64,000 bases of DNA, from the IMG/VR virus record IMGVR_UViG_2698537050_000003, positions 1 to 64,000 of that record. The stretch is one strand, 5' to 3'. Positions 37,284 through 47,130 of this stretch are shown in pieces. A model generated the notes under the pieces. It was not told the origin of the DNA. It did not search any database and was given only the letters and a program-made list of their open reading frames with translations. Position 1 is the first letter of the stretch. Every line of letters begins with the position of its first letter. The position numbers and the translations under genes were made by a program. The DNA comes from a virus (lineage: Duplodnaviria; Caudoviricetes).

Positions 37284-39635
37284 TTAATTCGTTCTCGTGG
37301 CCCGGAATATTTGATCGAAACTCTTGACGTTCGTCATATCTGTCGCAGGGGGGCGCCTGTCCGTGGGGACACCATCGATGCACTCTTGCTCGGCTCCATT
37401 GGCGCCCGGATCGAACAGTTGTCGCCGTATCTCCGTTTGGGCCGCTTCCGAGAGCGACCATCCTAACGGAATGGGGGTTCTACAGGGCCGCAATTCGAAC
37501 ACAACGCGAAAGTCGCACGACGGTTGGGATCGGCATTCTACCTCGCTTGGCACGGATTTCTTTAGCGCCACCCGCGCAATGTCGGCTCGAGCTTGACGGA
37601 CCGCGATTATTGTGCGCCCCGGGCTCATCAGCTCCGGCAGCCAGCCGCTAGGGGGCGATGGACGCTCGCCATTGGCAAAATTCCAGTCCGAGGAGGCTCG
37701 GCCGTTCTCGATCTGCACAACAACGAAGCTTACGCCCTTTGCCCGCTGTCTCAATTGCGTCTCCGTCGGCGGGTACGGCTGGTTTTCGCCCAGCAATTCC
37801 AACACCGTCGTAAGCCCAGAGTTTTCGAAATAGCCGCCATCGACCAACCGCCGGGCGGGACCGGAGCATGGAAGCCGGCCAGGGGCAGTAATGCCCGGAA
37901 ACCGAGCGCTTAGGACAGCGGCAGTTGCGGCAGGTACCTCGATTCGCGGCTGTAGAAGATCATCGAGCGTCAATAGACGCGCGCGGGATTCCAGTCCTTG
38001 ACCCTGGGCCTCGTCTACGCATGTACTTTTCGATGCCGGGCTGTTGGCGGGAAGCTTCTCAGCGGCTATCCGCGTCGTCAGATGACTCACGGCAACACGA
38101 CGCCCCGACGTCACGTCAGTGGTGAGCAACATCAGGGCCGGGGCCGGGCTGGAGGGGCCTGTCCAGAGTTCTCTGAATCCTATGTTGGAAAGACTGTGCT
38201 GGTTTTTCGCATTGCTCTGATCGGATCCGCGCCACGCCCTGTCGATACCGCTTTCCAAGTACTGTGCAGGATCGGTCCACCAAGCGAAGAACGGCGTTAA
38301 GAACAAGCTCGATGGTATAATCCGTGCCGGAATGTCGCCAAATAGAAGACCGCGCAACACCGGCCGCAAGAAATCGACGCCCGCGGCATTGGTGACCGAA
38401 GTCTCTGGACCGCCCCGAACACCCGGACGGGCCAACTCTAACTTCCCCTCGCAACCCATGCCTAACTTCTGCTCATCCCATTTCATGCCGGCGCTCGCCA
38501 AGAGCGCTCCGACGCTACCGCCCGAAACCCCGACGATCAGGAAGGTGTGACGGATGGCATCGGGGCAGTATTGTCGCAGCGCTTCAAGCACAAGCGCCGT
38601 CATGTACGCGGCACGAGAGCCGCCACCTTCTGCCGCGATGAGGAACACAGGGTAATTGCGGTTGGACTCCGCATATTTTTTGACCTCTCTCGCTCGGTCT
38701 TGCTCGTTGATCCAATCATCAAAGGCCGCGCCGATCTGCGTGCGCACCACGTGGTTGTCGCTAATCTGCGGACGCTCAGGTGCGCTAGATGCAATCGTAC
38801 GCACCACGTGGTTGTCGCTAACTTCACGCGCGGCCAGTAGCAGCGCCCAGATCACGAGCAGGGAGATGACGGGTGCGCCCAAGATGTTCGACAAATGCGT
38901 GAGCCCCGTGACTATAGCGATTAGCACAATAATCCATCCCGTAAAAATTAGAATCGCAGGTGGCTCTAGCGGAGCCCCGACGAAAAATGAAATGATCCGA
39001 TCTGCCGCCAGTACGAGAAGCAGAATGAGCCACACAAATATCGCTGACCCTTCAAGCATGCGCAAGTTGGAGCCCGGTGAATCTCCTTCGCGCTCGACCT
39101 TTTCTTTAAGGAACGGCCAGCCTACGGCCACAACCGTAACCGCTAGCAAAAATAGGGTAGCTTTCCAGTGCATGAGGGATGCGAGCACGTTCGGACCCAA
39201 ACTTTGCGCGAACGCGACCCACAACGCCGCTACCGGCACCAACGCGACGGCTTGCACGATACGAGCCTGAGTACCATTTAGCTTGCGCTCTTTATCCCTT
39301 TTTTTGTTAAGGTCGTGCAGTGCAACCCTAGTCGCCGCATCGAAAGCAATCATAATGTAGAAATTGAACAACCACCAGAAGATCAAGACCGGGATGAGCC
39401 AAAGCGTCGACTCCCACGTTGTCGTTTCAAATGTTGATCGGATGGCCTCCGCGGTCTGGTCAGGCATAACCAAGAAGATATAGTAGACTGTCGCCACCAG
39501 AATCGGTGCGCGCGCGGCGACCACGGATTCTGTCACATGGCCGAGCCAGGTTTCTGGCGCCGGACGGAAGCGAGTATGGCCTTCCAAATTCTGGCCCAGG
39601 TTTGTAGTGTCAGGTATTGCGGAGTTCGTGACCAT
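37284..39635 (-). CDS. Multi-TM patatin-like phospholipase (start at MVTNS inferred)
   Basis: AAEGGGSRAA, GVSGGS nucleophile, DGGYFENSG; several N-terminal TM helices. Confidence 0.85.
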   Translation of the reverse strand: MVTNSAIPDTTNLGQNLEGHTRFRPAPETWLGHVTESVVAARAPILVATVYYIFLVMPDQTAEAIRSTFETTTWESTLWLIPVLIFWWLFNFYIMIAFDAATRVALHDLNKKRDKERKLNGTQARIVQAVALVPVAALWVAFAQSLGPNVLASLMHWKATLFLLAVTVVAVGWPFLKEKVEREGDSPGSNLRMLEGSAIFVWLILLLVLAADRIISFFVGAPLEPPAILIFTGWIIVLIAIVTGLTHLSNILGAPVISLLVIWALLLAAREVSDNHVVRTIASSAPERPQISDNHVVRTQIGAAFDDWINEQDRAREVKKYAESNRNYPVFLIAAEGGGSRAAYMTALVLEALRQYCPDAIRHTFLIVGVSGGSVGALLASAGMKWDEQKLGMGCEGKLELARPGVRGGPETSVTNAAGVDFLRPVLRGLLFGDIPARIIPSSLFLTPFFAWWTDPAQYLESGIDRAWRGSDQSNAKNQHSLSNIGFRELWTGPSSPAPALMLLTTDVTSGRRVAVSHLTTRIAAEKLPANSPASKSTCVDEAQGQGLESRARLLTLDDLLQPRIEVPAATAAVLSARFPGITAPGRLPCSGPARRLVDGGYFENSGLTTVLELLGENQPYPPTETQLRQRAKGVSFVVVQIENGRASSDWNFANGERPSPPSGWLPELMSPGRTIIAVRQARADIARVALKKSVPSEVECRSQPSCDFRVVFELRPCRTPIPLGWSLSEAAQTEIRRQLFDPGANGAEQECIDGVPTDRRPPATDMTNVKSFDQIFRATRTN

Positions 39636-39910
39636 TTTGAACCCCCATCGACGTCGGCGTTGTTTGCAAAAGTTCGACCATCCAATGTCAGGGTGGCGGT
39701 CATAAGAATTGACCATCGGTTCAAGATGCAACGCAAGGTTTATTCGTGGGTCGGAGCACGGAGATGCACGAATTACGACAGCGTCATTGTCTGAGGCCCG
39801 CAAAAGCGAGTGGCTACCGCGAGACTCGCTCATCAGGCTCGTCAGGAAATCAGGAAACGCCGGTAACCTTATAGCTGAAGTGTTTTCGCGACATACTTGG
39901 CATAAGTCGC

Positions 39911-39984
39911 GACTTCCGCTTGTGGCACTTTTCGGAAGTGCCGATCCTTCCGACGAAGGTCAGCTATCAGGGGTAGAGCGGAAG
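39911..39984. repeat. Palindromic intergenic repeat (family B)
   Basis: ACTTCCG...CGGAAGT inverted pair, then GGTCAGCTATCAGGGGTAGAGCGGAAG. Confidence 0.55.
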
Positions 39985-40029
39985 CGGCTCGGATAACCGC
40001 CGCCCGCAACAAGAGCACTCCCGGCCTTG

Positions 40030-40054
40030 GCCCCGCCTCGGCGGGGCTTTTTTT
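40030..40054 (+). terminator. Rho-independent terminator
   Basis: GCCCCGCC-TC-GGCGGGGC followed by T7. Confidence 0.8.
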
Positions 40055-40423
40055 GCGTTGCCTGCTGCTCGCGAGCGCGCAGCCTGTCACTTTTCGCATA
40101 TTGAAACTCGATGACACAAAAAAACCTGCTCCAGTTTTTCCAGAGCAGGTCAAGGATCATCACCCATGGGGCAGTGTGCTCTCCCCAATGCTGGCAATCA
40201 TAGCACGGCGAAGTGTTTCGGCTATACAACCGCCACGATGTCACTTATTTTAACACTCCCGGTTCCTCGCGGTCGCTGGGGCCATCGCGAGCCACCTTGG
40301 GCCAAAGTGTGTGCGACCAAGGGCGAGGAAACCTTGTGCGGCGTCTCAAGCCGACCCTGCCTGCTGCCCCGAACTCTCACATCGCTGACCTGAAACCTGA
40401 TCAACCAATAAGGGGATCAAGCG

Positions 40424-41077
40424 ATGCCGAAAACATTTCCCATCATGATCGAAGTCGAAGAGATCGCGCTCGGCCCGGTGCTGCGGCGACTCAACGACAT
40501 GCCTGGAATCGCGAAGCTGCATCTCGATCTCGGCCATGGCGGCCAAGGCGCGGGCAAGAAGCAGCTGGAGAAGCATGCCGCCGCAAAGCGCGGCAGCAAT
40601 GGCGACAACCAGCAGGCGGCGGTCAAGCTGCTGATGAGCGGGCCGAAGCATATCCGCGAAATCAGCGAGGCAGTCGGCGGCGCGAAGACTCGGGCCTATG
40701 GCTTGATGACGCAGCTGCGCAAGCAGGGCCTCGCCGAGGCCGCGCCCGGAAAGGCGATGCATCAGCTCACCAAGAAGGCGATGGCGCAGCTCGGCGGCGC
40801 GCGGCCAGCCCTGCCAGCTCCTGAGATAAAGCATGGCCCTGCAGGCCGCGCCGCTCCGGGCTCGGGCAACATCGTATTGCGCGCGGCGCTCGGTGGCGGC
40901 CCATTGACGCCTTCCGATCTGCGCGAGCGCTTGGCCAAGCAAGGCATGTCGCCGAAGAGCGCCTCTGGCGTGCTGGAGCGCGCCAAGAAAGGCGGCCTCA
41001 TCAAGAAAAACAGCACCGGCTATGAGCTGACCGCCAAGGGACAGAAGATCGAGCTGGGAGCACCCGCCAATGGCTAG
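40424..41077 (+). CDS. Tandem winged-HTH DNA-binding protein
   Basis: GPKHIREIS...LRKQGL...HQLT and GPLTPSDLRE...AKKGGLI...YELTAKG. Confidence 0.7.
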   Translation: MPKTFPIMIEVEEIALGPVLRRLNDMPGIAKLHLDLGHGGQGAGKKQLEKHAAAKRGSNGDNQQAAVKLLMSGPKHIREISEAVGGAKTRAYGLMTQLRKQGLAEAAPGKAMHQLTKKAMAQLGGARPALPAPEIKHGPAGRAAPGSGNIVLRAALGGGPLTPSDLRERLAKQGMSPKSASGVLERAKKGGLIKKNSTGYELTAKGQKIELGAPANG

Positions 41078-41447
41078 AGGTTTTTTGCGAGTGTATCGCA
41101 CGTACAATTACGTCGATAAGAATCCGGTCATCGACAAGGTCCGCACGCTGGTGCAGGGCGAAGGCCTCATCAGAAAGCTGAAGATCGTTCACGAAATATC
41201 GGGCGTTGCCACCGCTACGCTCGACAATTGGTTCAATGGCACCACGCGGAATCCGCAGCACGGCACCATCGCGGCGGTGATCACTTCGCTCGGTTATCAC
41301 GAGGAGTTCGTCAAGGACAAGGAGATCGACATCGACAAGGAGCGCGAGATCGCGGCGGCGTGGTTCGAGAAGCAGGAGAAGATCAGGGCCAAGGCCCCGC
41401 CCGCCCGAACCAACGGCCACAGAAAGGCGAGGAGCAAGAAGCGATGA
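41070..41447 (+). CDS. XRE/Cro-like HTH protein
   Basis: VHEISGVATATLDNWFNGTTRNPQHGTIAAV. Confidence 0.75.
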   Translation: MARGFLRVYRTYNYVDKNPVIDKVRTLVQGEGLIRKLKIVHEISGVATATLDNWFNGTTRNPQHGTIAAVITSLGYHEEFVKDKEIDIDKEREIAAAWFEKQEKIRAKAPPARTNGHRKARSKKR

Positions 41448-41953
41448 GCGAGCGCGAACTGCGCAGGATGCTCAACTATGCATCCGAGTTTTGTGACCGC
41501 CAGTTCGCCAAGAAAAAAGAGATAGCGCCGATGTGGCACGCGATCACTTCGGCGGGCGAGACGATCATCGAGCCGCACCCGACCTATCTCGGCAAGGACA
41601 TGGCGGCGGCCATGATCCGCGCCTTCTTCGACATGCGGGATGTGGTGCGCTACGTCTACATTGGCGAAGCGTGGACGCTGAACCGAATGATCCGACCGGA
41701 AGAGCAGGAGGAAATTTTCCGCAAGGGACTCTCCGAGCATCCTGATCGCGTCGAAGTGGTGCAGATACAGGGCGAGGATCACGAGTACGGCCAGATCATC
41801 GCCTCGCGAGCCATCATCAGGCCGAGGATCGGCAAGCCGCATCTCGGCCCGCTGGAGATGATCAACGATCTGCCGTTCATCCCGCGTGGCGCGGCGGTGC
41901 AATCAGAGGGCCGCATGGTTGGCATGCTGCCGGTGCGAGGGACGCGACAATGA
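41444..41953 (+). CDS. Hypothetical phage protein
   Basis: ATGA coupling; YIGEAW, PSEHPDR-like SEHPDRVEVV. Confidence 0.7.
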   Translation: MSERELRRMLNYASEFCDRQFAKKKEIAPMWHAITSAGETIIEPHPTYLGKDMAAAMIRAFFDMRDVVRYVYIGEAWTLNRMIRPEEQEEIFRKGLSEHPDRVEVVQIQGEDHEYGQIIASRAIIRPRIGKPHLGPLEMINDLPFIPRGAAVQSEGRMVGMLPVRGTRQ

Positions 41954-42228
41954 CCTTTGTTCACAACCCGCCGAATGAACAGCTGCGCATCGATGAGGTC
42001 TGGCTGTTCATCTCGGTCGATGAAACAGGCGAAGGCGTATGCGCTGGCCCGCTGATGGGTCCGGGCACGCTGGTGCCGCTGATCGCCGCCGATCAGGCGC
42101 GCATGGAATCGCTGATCCCGGTCGCGCGTCAGATCGCAAGAGCGAGCGGCAAGCCGGTGAAGCTGATCAAGATGAGCGCCCGCACCGAGCTGATGACCAT
42201 CGCGCCCTTCGGATCGAGGACGCAATGA
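41950..42228 (+). CDS. Hypothetical phage protein
   Basis: ATGA coupling; FISVDE.GEGV...PLIAAD..R. Confidence 0.7.
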   Translation: MTFVHNPPNEQLRIDEVWLFISVDETGEGVCAGPLMGPGTLVPLIAADQARMESLIPVARQIARASGKPVKLIKMSARTELMTIAPFGSRTQ

Positions 42229-42540
42229 GCAGCCCGGAAGACTTCATCTGCCTTGACTGCAAGGCGGCTGGGCGTTCGGGCTCATTCGCCACCGAGAGCG
42301 ATTCACGCCGCGGCAGCGGCTTCGTTGTGTGCTGGGCACGCTCAGCAGCTTGGAGGTGAAAGTCCTCTGCCCAAGGCTTCATCTTCCGCCGAGGCCCGCG
42401 CGGCGGCTTGTCCGAGAACATCGAATGCGTCGGCTCTGCGCTCGTATCAATGTCGCGCGCTGGCATGGCCTGCTGATCAGCGCCGAGCGCATCCCCAACA
42501 ACAGCGAATGGCACGAGGATATGTTCCCGAAGGTGCTGCA

Positions 42541-42729
42541 GTGAGCGATCTGCGCAGCATGATCATCGCGTGGATCAGAGAGCGCGGCCCCCGCTTCTGG
42601 GTGCTCGATGCCTTTCAACATCTGGTCAGCAACGGGGCCTCGCCCGATGATGCGATCAAGGCAATGGACTTGTTCGTGGACGAGATGATCGAAAAAAAGA
42701 AGGCGCAGCAGAGTGATGCAGCAGGCTGA
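42541..42729 (+). CDS. Small hypothetical protein
   Basis: GTGA coupling; MSDLRSMIIAWIRERG. Confidence 0.5.
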   Translation: MSDLRSMIIAWIRERGPRFWVLDAFQHLVSNGASPDDAIKAMDLFVDEMIEKKKAQQSDAAG

Positions 42730-43384
42730 TCAAGGACCCATCATCGCCAAGCAATTCGGCGATCTGGCCGTGCTCGCGCACCCGCCTGCAAAGATGCTGA
42801 AGGCGCTGGCCGTGATCGCAGCACGCGCGCATCCGGCCTATGACGAATGCTCGGGCGTCGCGGCGGGCGGCTCGAAGGACAAGTGCCTGTTCATGTCGCT
42901 GGCGGTGCGCGACTTCCTTGTCGAGATCGGCTTCGCCGATGCCACGGTGCGCAGCTGCTTCCTGTACATCGCCGCCGATGATCTGGAGGGCAATCAGCTT
43001 TGGTCGGTCGGCATCGGTGCGCCTGGGCAAAGGCCGACCCCGGAAAAATTCAACGGCCATGCGGTCTGCACAGTGCCGTCGCTCTCGCTCCTCATCGACA
43101 CCACCATCTATCAGGCGGTCAGGCCGCAGTGGTGCGGATCGGTCGGTGGCATGGCGGCCATCAGGTATCACAGGCCATGGCCAAGCCAGCTTATCCACGG
43201 GTGCCGGTCCATTGCCGGGGCCGAGACCGTGCTGCCTGATCGGCGCGTGATGGTGATGTGGCTGGACCGCCCCGAGGTGAACTGGAAGCGCGAGATCGAC
43301 TTCCGGCAGAAGAACGAGCGCCGCCGTTACGTCACCAAGACGCTGCGCGAGGCCTTCGGCGAGTGGAGCGATCATGAACGATGA
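42716..43384 (+). CDS. Hypothetical protein with possible Cys-His-Asp triad
   Basis: KCLFMS, NGHAV, LIDTT..Q. Confidence 0.65.
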   Translation: MQQADQGPIIAKQFGDLAVLAHPPAKMLKALAVIAARAHPAYDECSGVAAGGSKDKCLFMSLAVRDFLVEIGFADATVRSCFLYIAADDLEGNQLWSVGIGAPGQRPTPEKFNGHAVCTVPSLSLLIDTTIYQAVRPQWCGSVGGMAAIRYHRPWPSQLIHGCRSIAGAETVLPDRRVMVMWLDRPEVNWKREIDFRQKNERRRYVTKTLREAFGEWSDHER

Positions 43385-43649
43385 AGACCACGCAGCAGAG
43401 GCAACGGCGGCGGCTGATGAGCTGGTCGAGCTGATCAAGCCGGTGTTCGCTGGCCAGAGCCCAGAGGTCGTCGGCGCGGCCCTCGGCCAGCTGCTGGCGA
43501 TCCTGATCGCCGGTCACCATCCGCTGATGCGCGACGAGGCAATGAAACTGGTGATCGACATGGCGCGCGATCTGGTGCCCATCGAGATCGAGGCCATGAT
43601 CGACGCTGGTCAGATCGGTCCCGAGTGGAGAGAGGCAACCAAGCAATGA
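43374..43649 (+). CDS. Hypothetical phage protein
   Basis: Overlapping start; GQSPEVVGAAL..LLA..IAGH. Confidence 0.65.
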   Translation: MNDEDHAAEATAAADELVELIKPVFAGQSPEVVGAALGQLLAILIAGHHPLMRDEAMKLVIDMARDLVPIEIEAMIDAGQIGPEWREATKQ

Positions 43650-43905
43650 GCAATGCGGCGACTGCCAGCTCTGCTGCAAGCTGCTGCCGGTGCCGCCGCT
43701 GCAGAAGGCTGCGGGCGCGTGCTGCCGATTCCACAAGGGCTGCACGGTCTATCGTCGGCCCGAGATTCCACCCGAGTGCGCGATCTGGAACTGCCGCTGG
43801 CTGGTCAATGACGACACTGCCGATCTGCCGCGCCCTGATCGCGCGCATTACGTCATCGACATCGATCTGACCGTGATGGCTGGTCCACCAGATCGAACCT
43901 CCTAG
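43646..43905 (+). pseudogene. Frameshifted, truncated CxxCxxCC (YkgJ-like) protein
   Basis: QCGDCQLCCKLLPV...GC.VY..P..C..WNC.WL lies out of frame with ATG 43646; ends at the island junction. Confidence 0.65.
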
Positions 43906-44370
43906 TGCTCATCGGCGCGTCGGCTTCCGAAAAGAGCCCCTAAATGGCGATTTGTTGGCCTTCGAAGCAACGCCTCTGGTAGGCGGGTTCATGGCAGTAT
44001 CCACGCTAAAGGCAAGCCCGGCTGCGGCGCGATTCATCCTCTCAACGGACGGGGGCAGACCTCGGAGAGAAGACCTTGGAAAGCGGCGAAATGCCCCCCG
44101 TCAAAAACGACCAAGTCTAGACTTGGATATGTCCAATTAAGCGCGCGTTAGCTGCACGCCTGAAATGGCCACAGACGTCCGGTCCCCGGCATGAGCCAAT
44201 CTGACTATTGTGTCCTGCCGCCAAGGTAGCCATTATGGCTTTTTACCTAAAGTAGCAACATGCAATCCATATCAGCAAAGAGTGCGGAAATCTCAAAATC
44301 TGCCCGGCTGGCAAAGCCAACACTACCCCTACGACAGCAGACCCGCTAAAGGTCGGATGGGGCGGCGGCA

Positions 44371-47130
44371 ATGACAAGCAAAAATCAAAATCCTGAACAG
44401 ATCGCGCGTGACCAAATCGACTTCAAACTGGTCGAAGCGGGATGGTGTGTTCAGAATAAGGATGCTCTGGATTTTAACGCCGGACAAGGCGTCGCCGTCC
44501 GCGAATACCAGACAGACGCAGGCCCCGCCGACTATGTGCTGTTTGTAGACAGGCGCGCTGTCGGCGTCATCGAAGCCAAGCCCAAGGATTGGGGTCACAA
44601 GATCACAACGGTTGAAGAGCAATCAGCTGGGTATGCTGCCGCAAAGCTCAAGTGGGTCAACAACAACGAACCGTTGCCCTACATCTATGAGAGCACGGGG
44701 ATTATCACCCGTTTCACAGATGGCCGGGACCCTCGCCCGCGCTCACGCGAGGTCTTTACGTTCCACCGCCCCGAAACTATGGCCGATTGGCTGTCCAAGC
44801 CCAAGCCACTCCGTGCCCGGCTGCACGATATCCCGGCACTGAATCATTCGGGCCTGCGCGACTGCCAAATCTCAGCAGTAGAAAAGCTGGAAAAGTCATT
44901 CCGGGAAGACCGGCCTCGCGCGCTTGTACAAATGGCAACGGGCTCCGGTAAAACCTTCACGGCTATCACCTCTGCCTATCGGCTGCTTAAGTACGCCGAC
45001 GCAAAGCGCATCTTGTTCCTTGTGGACACCAAAAATCTAGGCGAGCAGGCAGAACAGGAATTCATGTCCTACCTGCCCAACGACGACAACAGAAAATTCA
45101 CTGAACTCTACAATGTTCAGCGCCTCAAATCTCCCTTCATCGCGGGCAGCAGTCAGGTTTGCATCAGTACAATCCAGAGAATGTTTTCTATCCTCAAGGA
45201 CGAGCCGCTTGATGAAGCAGCCGAGGAGGATAACCCGGCTGAGCGGCTGGTGCGTCCGAAAGATCCGGTGCCAGTCGTCTATAACAAGAAAATCCCTCCT
45301 GAATTCTTCGACTTCATCGTTATCGATGAATGTCACCGCTCGATCTACAATCTCTGGCGGCAGGTTCTCGAATATTTCGATGCCTACCTGATCGGCCTGA
45401 CCGCCACGCCCGATAGCCGTACATACGGCTTCTTCCACAAAAACGTTGTCAGCGAATATGGCCACGAGCGAGCCGTGGCCGATGGCGTCAACGTCGGGAA
45501 CGAGATCTACGCTATCGAAACCGAACTGACCAAGAAAGGCGCGAAGATCAAGGCAGCGCAGCAAGTCGAAAAGCGCGAGCGCATCACGCGGCAAAAGCGG
45601 TGGGAGCTACAGGACCAGGACGAGGTCTACTCAGCTATGCAACTCGACCGAGCTATCGTAAATCCGGATCAAATACGCACTGTGATCCGTACGTTCCACG
45701 ACAAACTCCCCGAAATCTTTCCAGGACGAGAGGAGACACCGAAAACTCTCATTTTCGCCAAGACTGACAGCCATGCCGATGACATCATTCAGATCGTCCG
45801 CGAAGAGTTCGGTCAGGGCAATGACTTTTGCAAGAAGATCACCTATCAAGCTGCCGAGGACCCGAAATCCGTCCTCGCGCAGTTCCGCAACAACTACAAC
45901 CCTCGCATTGCGGTGACGGTTGATATGATCGCCACTGGCACCGACGTAAAGCCGCTTGAGTGCCTGCTCTTCATGCGTGACGTGAAGAGCCGCAATTACT
46001 TCGAGCAGATGAAAGGGCGCGGCACGCGCACGTTGGATGCCGACAGCCTGAAGAAGGTCACACCCTCCGCGACAACCGCCAAGACCCACTATGTCATCGT
46101 CGATGCTGTGGGCGTGACGAAATCGCTCAAGACCGCGAGCCAGCCGCTTATCACCAAGCCGACTGTCCCCCTGAAGGACCTCGCGACCGGCGTTATGATG
46201 GGCGCGCGCGACGAGGATACTGTCAGCTCGCTAGCTGGACGTCTTGCACGTCTCAACAACGAACTTGACGAGAAAGATCAGGCTCGCATTAAGGAGGTGG
46301 CCGGGGGTGCAACACTGGCGGAGATCGTGCGTGGACTGTTTGATGCGATCGACGCTGACCGCATCGAAGAAGCCGCTACGGCAGCCACCGCCGGCGCAGA
46401 GCCGACTGATGCGCAGCGCGATCAAGCCCGCGATAAGCTCGTGGGGCAAGCTGCCAACGTCTTCACCGGCCCCCTGATCAACCTCCTCGACGGTATCCGC
46501 CGTGAAAAGGAGCAGACAATTGACCACGATAATCTCGACAGGTTGATCGAGGCGGGCTGGAGCGGCGATGCGAAAGACAACGCCGTGGCGATGACTAACG
46601 ACTTTGCGTCGTATCTGGAAGAGCATCGGGATCAGGTCGAGGCACTGACCATCTTTTTCACCCAACCGGCGCGTAGATCGCAAATTACCTACGCAATGAT
46701 CAAGGCGCTATTGGACGCCCTCAAGACAGATCGGCCGAAGCTCGCGCCGCTGCGCGTCTGGCGCGCCTATGCGCTCCTCGATGAGTACAAGGGAGCGGAC
46801 CCGGCAAATGAGCTGACAGCACTTGTGGCTCTCATTCGCCGCGTTTGCGGCATCGATGAGAAGATTGCGCCCTTTCCCGACATTGTACGGCGCAACTTTC
46901 AGAGTTGGATTCTGAAACGCCACAGCGGCGCAGGCGAGAAGTTCACGGGCGAGCAGCTCGAATGGCTGCACATGATCCGTGACCACATCACGGCGTCAAT
47001 CCACATCGATCGTGATGATCTCGATATGGCTCCCTTCGGCGGCAAGGGAGGGCTCGGCAAAATGTACCAACTATTCGGAGATCAGATGGACGACGTTATT
47101 AGAGAAATGAACGAGGCTCTGGCGGCATGA
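44371..47130 (+). CDS. hsdR: Type I restriction enzyme R subunit (EcoEI-like C-terminus)
   Basis: PADY...IEAK nuclease, MATGSGKT, DECHRS, GLTATP, TGTD, QMKGRGTR. Confidence 0.95.
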   Translation: MTSKNQNPEQIARDQIDFKLVEAGWCVQNKDALDFNAGQGVAVREYQTDAGPADYVLFVDRRAVGVIEAKPKDWGHKITTVEEQSAGYAAAKLKWVNNNEPLPYIYESTGIITRFTDGRDPRPRSREVFTFHRPETMADWLSKPKPLRARLHDIPALNHSGLRDCQISAVEKLEKSFREDRPRALVQMATGSGKTFTAITSAYRLLKYADAKRILFLVDTKNLGEQAEQEFMSYLPNDDNRKFTELYNVQRLKSPFIAGSSQVCISTIQRMFSILKDEPLDEAAEEDNPAERLVRPKDPVPVVYNKKIPPEFFDFIVIDECHRSIYNLWRQVLEYFDAYLIGLTATPDSRTYGFFHKNVVSEYGHERAVADGVNVGNEIYAIETELTKKGAKIKAAQQVEKRERITRQKRWELQDQDEVYSAMQLDRAIVNPDQIRTVIRTFHDKLPEIFPGREETPKTLIFAKTDSHADDIIQIVREEFGQGNDFCKKITYQAAEDPKSVLAQFRNNYNPRIAVTVDMIATGTDVKPLECLLFMRDVKSRNYFEQMKGRGTRTLDADSLKKVTPSATTAKTHYVIVDAVGVTKSLKTASQPLITKPTVPLKDLATGVMMGARDEDTVSSLAGRLARLNNELDEKDQARIKEVAGGATLAEIVRGLFDAIDADRIEEAATAATAGAEPTDAQRDQARDKLVGQAANVFTGPLINLLDGIRREKEQTIDHDNLDRLIEAGWSGDAKDNAVAMTNDFASYLEEHRDQVEALTIFFTQPARRSQITYAMIKALLDALKTDRPKLAPLRVWRAYALLDEYKGADPANELTALVALIRRVCGIDEKIAPFPDIVRRNFQSWILKRHSGAGEKFTGEQLEWLHMIRDHITASIHIDRDDLDMAPFGGKGGLGKMYQLFGDQMDDVIREMNEALAA

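Noticed and set aside
42225-42544. Intact CDS between 42228 and 42541
   Set aside because: No single frame spans it convincingly; probably a degraded gene
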